Positions 9,052-17,595 of a DNA stretch of 38,236 bases are shown here, piece by piece. The DNA comes from a virus. Location: positions 1 through 38,236 of the IMG/VR virus record IMGVR_UViG_3300029819_000014; one strand, 5' to 3'. Within the stretch, counting starts at the first letter, position 1. The number at the start of each line of letters is the position of its first letter. The position numbers and the translations under genes are program-made. The notes under the pieces were generated by a model, which saw only the letters and a program-made list of their open reading frames with translations, did no database searches and was not told the origin of the DNA.

Positions 9052-9310
9052 AAAAATGATGGATTATATTAAAGATTTTTTAGATAATACGCCAGACGAT
9101 ATCTATGATTTTTCCTGTGATTTAGAAGGTCTTTTGATTGTGCATTATGATGAAATGTATGCGGAACAGCCAAGAGCAACAGAGATACTGAATGATGAAA
9201 CCCCTTATATATGTGCATTAGGAGAACCAGGTATGAAACCAGAAGAAATTGAGGATTTCAAAAGAAAATTGAAGATTGAATACGATAGAGCAATGAAAGC
9301 AGTTGTATAG
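9044..9310 (+). CDS. Small acidic protein, putative immunity partner of the MuF C-terminal domain
   Basis: 88 aa. ATG overlaps the MuF stop region by 8 nt. Followed by a terminator. Confidence 0.6.
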   Translation: MFEKMMDYIKDFLDNTPDDIYDFSCDLEGLLIVHYDEMYAEQPRATEILNDETPYICALGEPGMKPEEIEDFKRKLKIEYDRAMKAVV

Positions 9311-9346
9311 ATACCACCCATTCTTCGGAGTGAGTGGTATTTTTAT
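9311..9346 (+). terminator. Rho-independent terminator
   Basis: ATACCAC...GTGGTAT 7-bp stem with an inner CT/AG pair, followed by TTTTTAT. Confidence 0.6.
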
Positions 9347-9369
9347 ACTCATTTTTAAGGTGGATGCCT

Positions 9370-9579
9370 ATGAAACAATATTATACAGTACCAAAAGATG
9401 CGGATATGTTAGCGCCAAAGTGGCTGACTACCCGCATTAATTATTATTCGATAAAATTTGTCTATCACATAGATGATGGAATATCAAAATTGAAAGGGGT
9501 GAGGATAGGTGATCAGATTGCAAAAGTCGGAGACGTGCTTATGTTTGACGGTAAGAGGATATCCATAGAAAGGCGGTGA
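9370..9579 (+). CDS. Hypothetical protein (69 aa)
   Basis: AAGGTGGA lies upstream of ATG 9370. The track start 9334 lies inside the terminator stem. Confidence 0.5.
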   Translation: MKQYYTVPKDADMLAPKWLTTRINYYSIKFVYHIDDGISKLKGVRIGDQIAKVGDVLMFDGKRISIERR

Positions 9580-9596
9580 TCCAAACATCTCCCATT

Positions 9597-9626
9597 GAGG
9601 CGCAGGGTTATGCGTCTTATTTTATT
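9597..9626 (+). terminator. Putative rho-independent terminator
   Basis: GAGGCGCA/TGCGTCTT stem (with G-U pairs), loop GGGTTA, followed by ATTTTATT. Confidence 0.45.
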
Positions 9627-9674
9627 GTCTTTTTCCGATAGACGTAAAAGAACGGAAGAAAGGAGTACGAGAAA

Positions 9675-10220
9675 ATGAAGAAAGAAGAGTTGATTGCACT
9701 AGGAGTATCAGAAGAACAGGCAGAGAAGATTGTATCCTCTTGGAATGAAACACTAAAAGGATATATTTCAAAAGCAGAATTTGATACGAAGGTGCAGGAA
9801 TTAGAAACAACAAAACAGCAGCTTGACACAGCGAATCAGACAATTGAAGGATTCAAGGATTATGAGGATGTGAAAGCGCAAGTAAATGAGTACAAGACAA
9901 AGTTTGAACAGTCTGAGCAGGAAAAGGCTGATATTCAAGCGAATTACGAATTTACAGGGAAATTGCAGGAAGCAGCTAAAAAAGCAGGAGCAAGAGCTTT
10001 AAAAGCAGTTATGCCGTATTTAGATGTGGAATCATTGAAAAAGTCACAGAATCAGGATGCTGATATTGCAGCCGCATTTGAAACAGTGAAAAAAGAAAAT
10101 GCTTTTCTATTTGGCGTAGATGAACCTATCAACCATCCAACTGGTCCAACAGGTGGAGAGAATGGAAATCAGCAGACAACAGCAATTCGTGCAGCGATGG
10201 GATTGCCGGAAGAAAAATAA
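9675..10220 (+). CDS. Scaffolding protein (phage GP20-like)
   Basis: 181 aa, strongly helical/coiled-coil and acidic. Lies immediately upstream of the capsid gene. RBS GGAAGAAAGGAG. Confidence 0.8.
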   Translation: MKKEELIALGVSEEQAEKIVSSWNETLKGYISKAEFDTKVQELETTKQQLDTANQTIEGFKDYEDVKAQVNEYKTKFEQSEQEKADIQANYEFTGKLQEAAKKAGARALKAVMPYLDVESLKKSQNQDADIAAAFETVKKENAFLFGVDEPINHPTGPTGGENGNQQTTAIRAAMGLPEEK

Positions 10221-10240
10221 GAAAAGAGAGGTAGAAGAGA

Positions 10241-11098
10241 ATGAATAACATTGAATTATCAACAATTTATCTGCCAATGTTAGATGAAAAGTACAAGGCA
10301 GAGGCAAAGACATCGGTACTTGATGGAGACGAAACAGTTGCGAAAAAAGGCGGAAACGGAGAAATCAAGATTGCAAAACTTGATATGTCAGCTCTTGGAG
10401 ATTTTGACAGAAAAAGCGGATACACAAAGGGAAATACAACTTTGACATGGGAAACTGTGAAATACGATAAGGAACGTTCGCAGGATTTAAGAATTGACCG
10501 TTTGGACAATGCGGAATCATTGGGACTTCCATTTGCAAAGCTGTCAGGAGAGTTTATGAGACTTCATGTAGCACCTGAGACAGATGCGGCGAGAATTGCG
10601 AAGATTGCAGGAACAGCAGGAATTGGAAAGAAAGAAGAGACATTAGATACAGGAGATGCGGTAATAAAAGCTCTACGCGCATGTACAAATGAAATGGATG
10701 AAAACGAGGTTGTGGAAGGAAACAGAATTTTGTTTATTACACCAACACTTCTTGGCATGCTGGACGACATGGAATCGTACAAATCAAAAGGTGTGTTAAA
10801 CCGCTTTTCCCAAGTAATCAAAGTGCCACAGACGAGAATGTACACAAAGATTGATTTAAAAGATGGAAAAACGGAGTATGGATTTGTAAAAGCAGCAGAC
10901 GGAAAAGAAATCAACTTCCTTTGTGTGGAAAAATCAGCGGTTGTTTCTGCAATGGAACAGTTTGTTAAATATTTCAGTCCAGATCAGGATCAAGATGGTG
11001 ATTCTCACGTATTTAAGTACAGAAACTATAATCTGTATGCACATTGCTATGAGAATAAGCTGGCTGGCATCTATTGTTCATGCAAAGCGGGGGAATAG
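10241..11098 (+). CDS. Major capsid protein
   Basis: 285 aa following the scaffold gene. RBS AGAGAGGTAG. Call rests on position and size. Confidence 0.8.
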   Translation: MNNIELSTIYLPMLDEKYKAEAKTSVLDGDETVAKKGGNGEIKIAKLDMSALGDFDRKSGYTKGNTTLTWETVKYDKERSQDLRIDRLDNAESLGLPFAKLSGEFMRLHVAPETDAARIAKIAGTAGIGKKEETLDTGDAVIKALRACTNEMDENEVVEGNRILFITPTLLGMLDDMESYKSKGVLNRFSQVIKVPQTRMYTKIDLKDGKTEYGFVKAADGKEINFLCVEKSAVVSAMEQFVKYFSPDQDQDGDSHVFKYRNYNLYAHCYENKLAGIYCSCKAGE

Positions 11099-11180
11099 TA
11101 CCCGCTCCTGATGCAGCCTTAATTGGTAGCGGGGAAATTGGTAAGGCAAAGGTAGGAAAATCAAATAGGAGGTAAGTATT

Positions 11181-11423
11181 ATGGCTTATACAAAAACAAC
11201 ATGGAATGATGGGGATGTTATTACAAAGGAAAAAATGAATAATTTGGAAACAGGAGTAGAGACAGCCAATAATGGAATTCCATTGAATGCAACAAAATCA
11301 AAAGCAGGACTTGTAAGACAGGCTACATTGGTGGCTGAGGCGGCAGGGGAGAATGTAACAAAAGCGGAATTTAAGGCTTTGCTGGACGCGCTGAAAGCCG
11401 CTGGAATTATGGCAAGTACATAA
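11181..11423 (+). CDS. Head fibre / decoration-like protein (putative)
   Basis: 80 aa. N-terminal YTKTTWNDGDVITKEKMNNLETG motif is shared with phage fibre proteins. C-terminal EFKALLDALKAAGIM. RBS AGGAGG. Confidence 0.55.
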   Translation: MAYTKTTWNDGDVITKEKMNNLETGVETANNGIPLNATKSKAGLVRQATLVAEAAGENVTKAEFKALLDALKAAGIMAST

Positions 11424-11436
11424 GGGAGTTGATCGT

Positions 11437-11808
11437 ATGGCAATTGTAGATTACATCTATTATGTAGGAGAATATGGTGGAAATACTGTTCCAGAAGAAG
11501 AATTTTCAAAAAGTGAGAAGAAAGCAGAAGCATATTTAAAAAACATAACTCATGGGAAATTGACAGCAGAAAACGTTTCTGAGTATGAGAATGTAAAAGA
11601 TTGCATCTGCGAAATGGCGGAAACAGTGTTTCAATATTCTCACGAAAAGAAGGAAAAGAAATCTGAATCAATCGATGGATATTCTGTTAGCTATGTGACA
11701 GAGACTACAGACGGGGACAACTCTGTTGCAGTGATGAAAAGGAAATTGTATTCGATTGCGAGATATTGGCTCTTAAATACAGGACTTTTATATCTGGGGG
11801 TGGAATAA
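11437..11808 (+). CDS. Head-tail connector protein (gp6-like, putative)
   Basis: 123 aa. Call rests on position after the capsid genes. Confidence 0.6.
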   Translation: MAIVDYIYYVGEYGGNTVPEEEFSKSEKKAEAYLKNITHGKLTAENVSEYENVKDCICEMAETVFQYSHEKKEKKSESIDGYSVSYVTETTDGDNSVAVMKRKLYSIARYWLLNTGLLYLGVE

Positions 11809-12143
11809 TGCTGACGAATACAGATATTACCATTTACAGCCGAGAATATGACCCGTCTTCTTGGCTTGATAAGTGGAAGAGAACTTACATATCAGAAGCA
11901 TGGTGGTTTAAAGAAGAGAAGTCATCGGTTACTACAGACGGTTTGAAATCTGCAGATGTGTACACGGTGCGGGTACCTGGAACAAAAGTAAAAGTCAAGA
12001 AAGACGATTATATCGTAAAGGGAAATTGCCGAATTGACATGCAAACAGTAAAGGACTTGGATGGGTGCGAAAATATGCGAGTAACATCTGTAAATTACAA
12101 TGCATTCGGCGATACTCCTCATGTAAAGGTGGTAGGCGTGTAA
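11808..12143 (+). CDS. Head-tail joining / head closure protein (putative)
   Basis: ATG 11808 overlaps the upstream TAA (TAATG). In frame with track ORF 11766..12143. Confidence 0.55.
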   Translation: MLTNTDITIYSREYDPSSWLDKWKRTYISEAWWFKEEKSSVTTDGLKSADVYTVRVPGTKVKVKKDDYIVKGNCRIDMQTVKDLDGCENMRVTSVNYNAFGDTPHVKVVGV

Positions 12144-12532
12144 TGGCAAAGGGAAAGAAGAAATTCGAGATTGTAACACCTAGGGGAACAGTGTATGCAC
12201 AAGCCAGTAAAGGCGGAAAGGTTAGTTCAAAGTTGGAGTGGAATCCCGAATTTGCACCGGGCAAAGAGAAAGGATTTTCCAATGCGCAGGAGTTTGTTGA
12301 TTCCGAATGCATCCGTAGAATGAATCCGGAGACTCCACGGCGCACGGGTGTATTGATTAAGTCAGCTACGCTTGGAACGGTTATAGGCAGCGGAGAAATC
12401 AATCAGATTGCACCATATGCCCGTAGACAATATTATGAGCATAAAGAAAAGTCATATTGGTTCGAACGTATGAAAAACCGTCACAAAGATTCCATTTTGA
12501 AGGGAGCCGCACAGTATGTCAAAAATCATTGA
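12143..12532 (+). CDS. Neck / minor capsid (HK97 gp10-like) protein (putative)
   Basis: ATG 12143 overlaps the upstream TAA. The QIAPYARRQYYEH motif is typical of this family. Confidence 0.6.
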   Translation: MAKGKKKFEIVTPRGTVYAQASKGGKVSSKLEWNPEFAPGKEKGFSNAQEFVDSECIRRMNPETPRRTGVLIKSATLGTVIGSGEINQIAPYARRQYYEHKEKSYWFERMKNRHKDSILKGAAQYVKNH

Positions 12533-12935
12533 GAACATTAGGAGCTTTATTCTGGAGTGTCCGTTTCTTCAAGATTACCGAGTTAATGTAGATTATCTGG
12601 GAGAGAATATGGAGTATTCTATAGATCCTCTCCCGTGCGATCCGATTATTCAAAAATACGTTGATGGCGGTGCGAAGAAACAGTTTCAATTTGCTTTTAC
12701 CAGTCGAGAGCGATACGATCAGGACACTCGCATCAATATTGATAATAGTGGATTTTATCAAGAATTTGACGAATGGCTGGAAGAGAAAAGCTTCGCCGGA
12801 GAGCTGCCCTTACTAGAAAAAGGGAAAAGTCCGGTTAAAATAGAAACTTTAAACAGCGGTTATTTATACGATGTAGACGGAGACAATGCGAGATATCGTA
12901 TAGAGTGCCGCTTGATTTATATACAGGAGGTATGA
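12516..12935 (+). CDS. Tail completion / neck protein (putative)
   Basis: 139 aa between the neck gene and the major tail protein gene. Confidence 0.55.
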   Translation: MSKIIENIRSFILECPFLQDYRVNVDYLGENMEYSIDPLPCDPIIQKYVDGGAKKQFQFAFTSRERYDQDTRINIDNSGFYQEFDEWLEEKSFAGELPLLEKGKSPVKIETLNSGYLYDVDGDNARYRIECRLIYIQEV

Positions 12936-12937
12936 AA

Positions 12938-13468
12938 ATGGCAGTAACCAAAGAACAAAAATTGGTAAATCGTTCGCAGAGAGTTGCTTTCATGAATACG
13001 GATACAACTGGAGGAACTGCTAAATTCGAGAGAATGACAGGGTTTACGTCTATGACGAATGCAAAGAATCCGAAAGAGTATTCAAGGCAGTATGTAGATG
13101 AAGATTCTGAAAGAGCGGACGTAGTTGGCTATGCTCCGTCTATTGATTATTCATTTGACAGGTATTCAAATAACCCGGTGCACGAGAGAATTGCATCGAT
13201 CCACGATGGGGAAAAACTAGGAAGTGACACACATGTGGATATTATTGTCGTAGATCTTTTTAAAAAGAGTACGACGGGTGACAAATTTTACGCAATCAAA
13301 CGTACATATGCGGTAATTCCGGATTCTGATAGCGATGGAACGGATGCCCTTATTTATAGCGGTTCATTTAAGTCGGTATCTGAACTTGAGGAAGGTTATG
13401 TTACGTTTGCTGGAGAGGGTAGAAAAGAAGCAACATATACAAAAGGCGATTACAACACAGCAGAATAA
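12938..13468 (+). CDS. Major tail protein
   Basis: AGGAGG lies 7 nt upstream of ATG 12938. 176 aa. Lies before the chaperone and tape-measure genes. Confidence 0.75.
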   Translation: MAVTKEQKLVNRSQRVAFMNTDTTGGTAKFERMTGFTSMTNAKNPKEYSRQYVDEDSERADVVGYAPSIDYSFDRYSNNPVHERIASIHDGEKLGSDTHVDIIVVDLFKKSTTGDKFYAIKRTYAVIPDSDSDGTDALIYSGSFKSVSELEEGYVTFAGEGRKEATYTKGDYNTAE

Positions 13469-13480
13469 GGAGGAGAGCCA

Positions 13481-13834
13481 ATGAGCCAGTGGAAATATAA
13501 TAACGTGGAACTCGAAATCGATATGGAAGATGTAGAGTTCCAAGAAAGATATGAAAATGCATTTAACATAATGGAAGAGGAAGAGAAGAAGATTAAAAAA
13601 GACGGTAAAGTCTCAGAAATAACGAAAGCGTATTGTAACCTCTTTTGGAATTTATTTGATAATATCTTTGGATCAGGAACAGCCGACAAATTATTTGAAG
13701 GAAAGGTTAATTCCAGACTCTGTGACGAGTGCTACGATTCTTTTCTTTCTTTCTGCAAAGCACAAGTAGTTCAAGTTGGAAAGAAACGTGCGCAAAGGTT
13801 GTCTAAGTACAATGTTAATACTACAAGGAAGTGA
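13481..13834 (+). CDS. Tail assembly chaperone (putative)
   Basis: 117 aa, acidic N-terminal half, between the major tail protein and the tape measure. RBS AGGAGGAG. Confidence 0.6.
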   Translation: MSQWKYNNVELEIDMEDVEFQERYENAFNIMEEEEKKIKKDGKVSEITKAYCNLFWNLFDNIFGSGTADKLFEGKVNSRLCDECYDSFLSFCKAQVVQVGKKRAQRLSKYNVNTTRK

Positions 13835-13839
13835 TCTCT

Positions 13840-14388
13840 GTGAATTTATTCTATGAAGAATATCCGAAGACACTAGAGATATGTGGAGAACCAATCCCGA
13901 TTGTTACTGATTTTAGAGAGTATATAAAGCTGCTCGACATGATCAAGGACGAAGAGGTAAGTGACGAAGAAAAAGCATTCCTTTTGTCAGAATACTTCTT
14001 GTTGGAAGTTGGTGATTTTGAAGAAGCGATATTAAAATTGAGCAATTTCGTGGCTATGTGTGAAGTGAACGAAGGCGGAAATAGTAAAGGAAATGCTAAA
14101 CCGCTTTTCTCATTCCGTGCAGACTATCCATACATTATGGCGGGATTTTTACGCGATTACGGGATTGATTTAAGCGAAATAGAATATCTGCACTGGTGGA
14201 AATTTAGGATGCTGTTTGAGGGGTTATCCGAGGATACTGAGATTAAACAGCGCATTATGTACAGAGGGATAAATTTGGAGGAAATAAAGGATAAAGACGA
14301 GAAAAAGAGAATAAGGAAGATTCAAAATGCAATTCGCCTTCCGGAAGAGATTTTAACAGATTATGATATTGGAAATGCGTTTGCGTAA
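13840..14388 (+). CDS. Bacteriophage Gp15-family protein (tail assembly)
   Basis: EEYPKTLEICGEPIPIVTDFREYIKL is an N-terminus typical of the Gp15 family. GTG 13840 lies 9 nt after AAGGAA; the track start GTG 13831 has no spacer. Confidence 0.7.
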   Translation: MNLFYEEYPKTLEICGEPIPIVTDFREYIKLLDMIKDEEVSDEEKAFLLSEYFLLEVGDFEEAILKLSNFVAMCEVNEGGNSKGNAKPLFSFRADYPYIMAGFLRDYGIDLSEIEYLHWWKFRMLFEGLSEDTEIKQRIMYRGINLEEIKDKDEKKRIRKIQNAIRLPEEILTDYDIGNAFA

Positions 14389-14435
14389 GGGGTGATATTT
14401 TGAGAATAAAAACTCCAATTTTAAGGAGAGATTGG

Positions 14436-14549
14436 GTGAAGTGCCCATATTGTGGATGTAAACTCGCGATCGCAGACAATACCGCGAGATGTGAAGGTAT
14501 TTATATTAAATGCAGGGTATGTAAAAGAGAGATTGAGATAAAGAAATAA
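14436..14549 (+). CDS. 37-aa Com-like / Cys-rich zinc-ribbon peptide
   Basis: AAGGAGAG lies 5 nt upstream of GTG 14436. VKCPYCGCKLAIADNTARCEGIYIKCRVCKREIEIKK has CxxC...CxxC with the Mu Com-like pattern (KC-x2-C...L...IKC-x2-C). Below the track cut-off. Confidence 0.4.
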   Translation: MKCPYCGCKLAIADNTARCEGIYIKCRVCKREIEIKK

Positions 14550-14605
14550 AGCACTTTAAATTGAGCCATTGAGCCTGTGCTATTCGCAGAAAGGGAGTGA
14601 ATAGT

Positions 14606-16783
14606 ATGGGCTATGATGGCTCATTGAAATTTGATACAGAAATTAGTGAAAAAGGTTTTAACAAAGGAATAAAGAATTTAGGAAATATCGCACAAGGTGG
14701 TTTAAAGGTATTAGCTGGATCTGTTGCGGGAATTGCTGCAGGATTTGGAGTAATGACAAAATCTGCACTGGATTCGTTTGCGAGCTTAGAGCAGAATATC
14801 GGTGGAGTTGAAACCCTATTTAAAGACAGTGCGCAAAAAGTAATAGATAGTGCTGAGAATGCTTATAAAACTGCAGGACTTTCTGCTAATGCTTACATGG
14901 AAACGGTAACAAGTTTTTCGGCGTCGCTATTGCAGTCGTTGGGAAAAGATACCGAAAAAGCGGCGGATTATGCAGACAGAGCAATCATAGATATGTCCGA
15001 TAATGCCAACAAGATGGGCACAAGCATGGAGATGATCCAGAACGCCTATCAGGGATTTGCAAAGCAGAATTACACCATGTTGGATAATCTAAAACTTGGC
15101 TATGGTGGAACTGCATCTGAAATGTATAGACTTTTACAAGATGCAGCAAACTTGAACGAAGAATTTGCAAGCACTGCAAAATTTTCAATGGATTCAAAGG
15201 GACATTTAGAAGCTAATTTTGCAGATATTACAGAAGCGATTCACATCGTCCAAACAGAAATGGGGATTACCGGGACAACAGCAAAAGAAGCCTCAGAGAC
15301 AATATCCGGTTCTATCGCATCTGCGAAAGGAGCTTTTGATAATTTTCTAAATGGAACTGGATCGCCAGAGGCTCTTGCAGAATCTATGGTGACAGCTGGG
15401 AAAAATGTGCTGAGGGGGTTGGGTGAAATTGTTCCGCGGCTCTTGCAGACGTTGCCGGAAGTGGGAAAGTTAATCCAAGAAAACCTGGTTAATTCATTGT
15501 CCGGAGATAGTATGCAGAAGATAGTGGAAGCAGGAAAAAACGCTGTCATGTCTTTAATAGACGGGATGCTTGCTTCTGTTCCAACTATCATTCCAGTTGC
15601 TTTGAATTTTGTAAAGCTTATTGCGGATACTGTTATAACAAACGTTCCCACATTAATTCAAAAAGGTTATGAATTACTTAGTAATTTGGTTGATGGATTT
15701 GTGAAAGCAATTCCTGAAGCATTGCCAAAGATTCTTGATTTTGTCCAGGGAATAGGAGATAAGTTAGCAGAAGCTGCGCCGATATTAATTCAAAAAGGAT
15801 TTGAACTACTACAAAAACTGGTTGAAGGGATCATAACAGCGGTACCAATTTTAATTTCGCGCGTTCCGGAGATTATTTCTACATTCGCAAATATCATCAA
15901 CGATAATTTCCCGACTATATTGATGAAAGGCGCTCAACTTTTAGGTCAATTGGTACTTGGATTAATTCAATCGATTCCGACGCTGATTGCGAATATCCCG
16001 AAGATTATAAGCGCCATTGTGGACACGTTGATGGCATTTCAGTGGCTTAATCTTGGACGTGGCATTATTAAATTTTTAGGCGATGGAATTGGTGCAATGA
16101 AAGATTTTGTCGTCAAAAAAGGATTTGAAATTTTAATCGGTCTAAAAAATACACTGATGAATTTGCCGTCTACACTTGCAAATATCGGAAGAACTGCTGT
16201 TTCAGGTCTTGGAAATGCAATCTCGGCAGGAATTAGCTGGGTGAAGAATGCAGCAGGAAATATTGTTTCAGCGATTGTTAATACAATCAAATCAATACCA
16301 GGGGGAATGCTTTCTATAGGTAAAGATATTGTAAAAGGCTTGTGGAATGGTATTTCTGATATGACAGGATGGGTAATTGATAAAATCCAAGGTTTCGGAG
16401 AATCTGTGCTTGGTGGAATTAAAGACTTCTTTGGAATTCATTCTCCGTCAAGAGTTATGCGAGATGAAGTTGGAAAATATATGGCTCAAGGTGTTGGTGT
16501 TGGGTTTGAAAAAAATATACCTATAAAGCAAATGACTGCAGGCATGAAAAAAGCAATTGGCAAGATACAGACTGCAGCTATAGGAGTAACGTCTACGATG
16601 CCAATGACCGCGAAAGTTGCAACGAAAGCAGTGACAAACAACTACACGGATACGCAGATAGACTACAAAAAGATAAAGAAAGCTCAGCTAGAGGCTAATA
16701 ATGAGTCAAACGAACGACCTGTTATTTTAAATGGTAGACAAGTTAACAGAGCATTAAAGGATGGAGGTTATGTACTGGCATGA
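14606..16783 (+). CDS. Tape measure protein
   Basis: About 725 aa. Long Ala/Gly/Ile-rich helical repeats. Position downstream of the chaperones. AAGGGAG lies 8 nt upstream of ATG 14606. Confidence 0.9.
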   Translation: MGYDGSLKFDTEISEKGFNKGIKNLGNIAQGGLKVLAGSVAGIAAGFGVMTKSALDSFASLEQNIGGVETLFKDSAQKVIDSAENAYKTAGLSANAYMETVTSFSASLLQSLGKDTEKAADYADRAIIDMSDNANKMGTSMEMIQNAYQGFAKQNYTMLDNLKLGYGGTASEMYRLLQDAANLNEEFASTAKFSMDSKGHLEANFADITEAIHIVQTEMGITGTTAKEASETISGSIASAKGAFDNFLNGTGSPEALAESMVTAGKNVLRGLGEIVPRLLQTLPEVGKLIQENLVNSLSGDSMQKIVEAGKNAVMSLIDGMLASVPTIIPVALNFVKLIADTVITNVPTLIQKGYELLSNLVDGFVKAIPEALPKILDFVQGIGDKLAEAAPILIQKGFELLQKLVEGIITAVPILISRVPEIISTFANIINDNFPTILMKGAQLLGQLVLGLIQSIPTLIANIPKIISAIVDTLMAFQWLNLGRGIIKFLGDGIGAMKDFVVKKGFEILIGLKNTLMNLPSTLANIGRTAVSGLGNAISAGISWVKNAAGNIVSAIVNTIKSIPGGMLSIGKDIVKGLWNGISDMTGWVIDKIQGFGESVLGGIKDFFGIHSPSRVMRDEVGKYMAQGVGVGFEKNIPIKQMTAGMKKAIGKIQTAAIGVTSTMPMTAKVATKAVTNNYTDTQIDYKKIKKAQLEANNESNERPVILNGRQVNRALKDGGYVLA

Positions 16784-17595
16784 TAGTTAGATATGTAAAT
16801 CATAATGGCACAGAAGTGAATCTTAATAAAGAACCATATAAGATGCTGGTATCTGACCTTTTAGATTATGAATGGGAAGTGTCTACAACATCTAATAGAA
16901 TTGTCGGATTTGGATACACGGTAAGGGAAAAAGCATTAAATATTGATGTGCATCGCAGTAAATCAGCTGGAGCGCGAGAAAATATGAATGCTTTGACAGA
17001 AATCTTTGAAACAGATATTCTGTCGGGAATCCCCGGACGGTTATATATCAACGATCAGTACATGACTTGCTATATTAAGTCATCGGAAAAAGATAATTGG
17101 GGTGCAGATCAGATTATACAGTGTGAGTATGGAATTATAACCGATTTCCCATTTTGGATTACCGAAACCGAGTTCTCCTTCAAAATATCGGATATTACAT
17201 CTACGGATAACAAGCGATATCCTTATAAATATCCATACAGGTACGCAAACGGAATGAATAATACATATATTATCAATCCGCATTTTACAGAAGCAAACTT
17301 TAAACTGAGAATATATGGACCGGTTGTTAATCCACAGGTCGGCATCGGCGGATATCCGTATCTCGTAAATATCATGCTGGAAAAAGGAGAATATCTTGAA
17401 ATTAACAGCATGAAAGAAACAGTGGAGAAAGTAGCTGTAAATGGAGAGCGTGAAAGTGTTTTTCATAACCGTGCAAAAAAGAAGAGTATTTTTAAGAAAG
17501 TCCCTCCAGGAAAACAGGAAATCGTATGGCCAGGAACGTTTGATTTTGACTTGCTGATCTACGAAGAGAGGAGCGAACCAAAGTGTCAGAATTAA
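16780..17595 (+). CDS. Distal tail protein (Dit, siphovirus tail family)
   Basis: 271 aa. Overlaps the tape-measure stop (ATGA). Canonical position. Confidence 0.75.
   Translation: MIVRYVNHNGTEVNLNKEPYKMLVSDLLDYEWEVSTTSNRIVGFGYTVREKALNIDVHRSKSAGARENMNALTEIFETDILSGIPGRLYINDQYMTCYIKSSEKDNWGADQIIQCEYGIITDFPFWITETEFSFKISDITSTDNKRYPYKYPYRYANGMNNTYIINPHFTEANFKLRIYGPVVNPQVGIGGYPYLVNIMLEKGEYLEINSMKETVEKVAVNGERESVFHNRAKKKSIFKKVPPGKQEIVWPGTFDFDLLIYEERSEPKCQN

Noticed and set aside
11186-11671. 161-aa reverse-strand ORF across the head-fibre/connector genes
   Set aside because: It is antisense to two compact plus-strand genes that have RBSs. It has no start context, and its composition is atypical.
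13780-13845. Programmed frameshift joining the two tail-chaperone ORFs
   Set aside because: No slippery heptamer is visible near the 13831-13834 overlap. The downstream ORF has its own RBS-spaced GTG, so a frameshift is not asserted.
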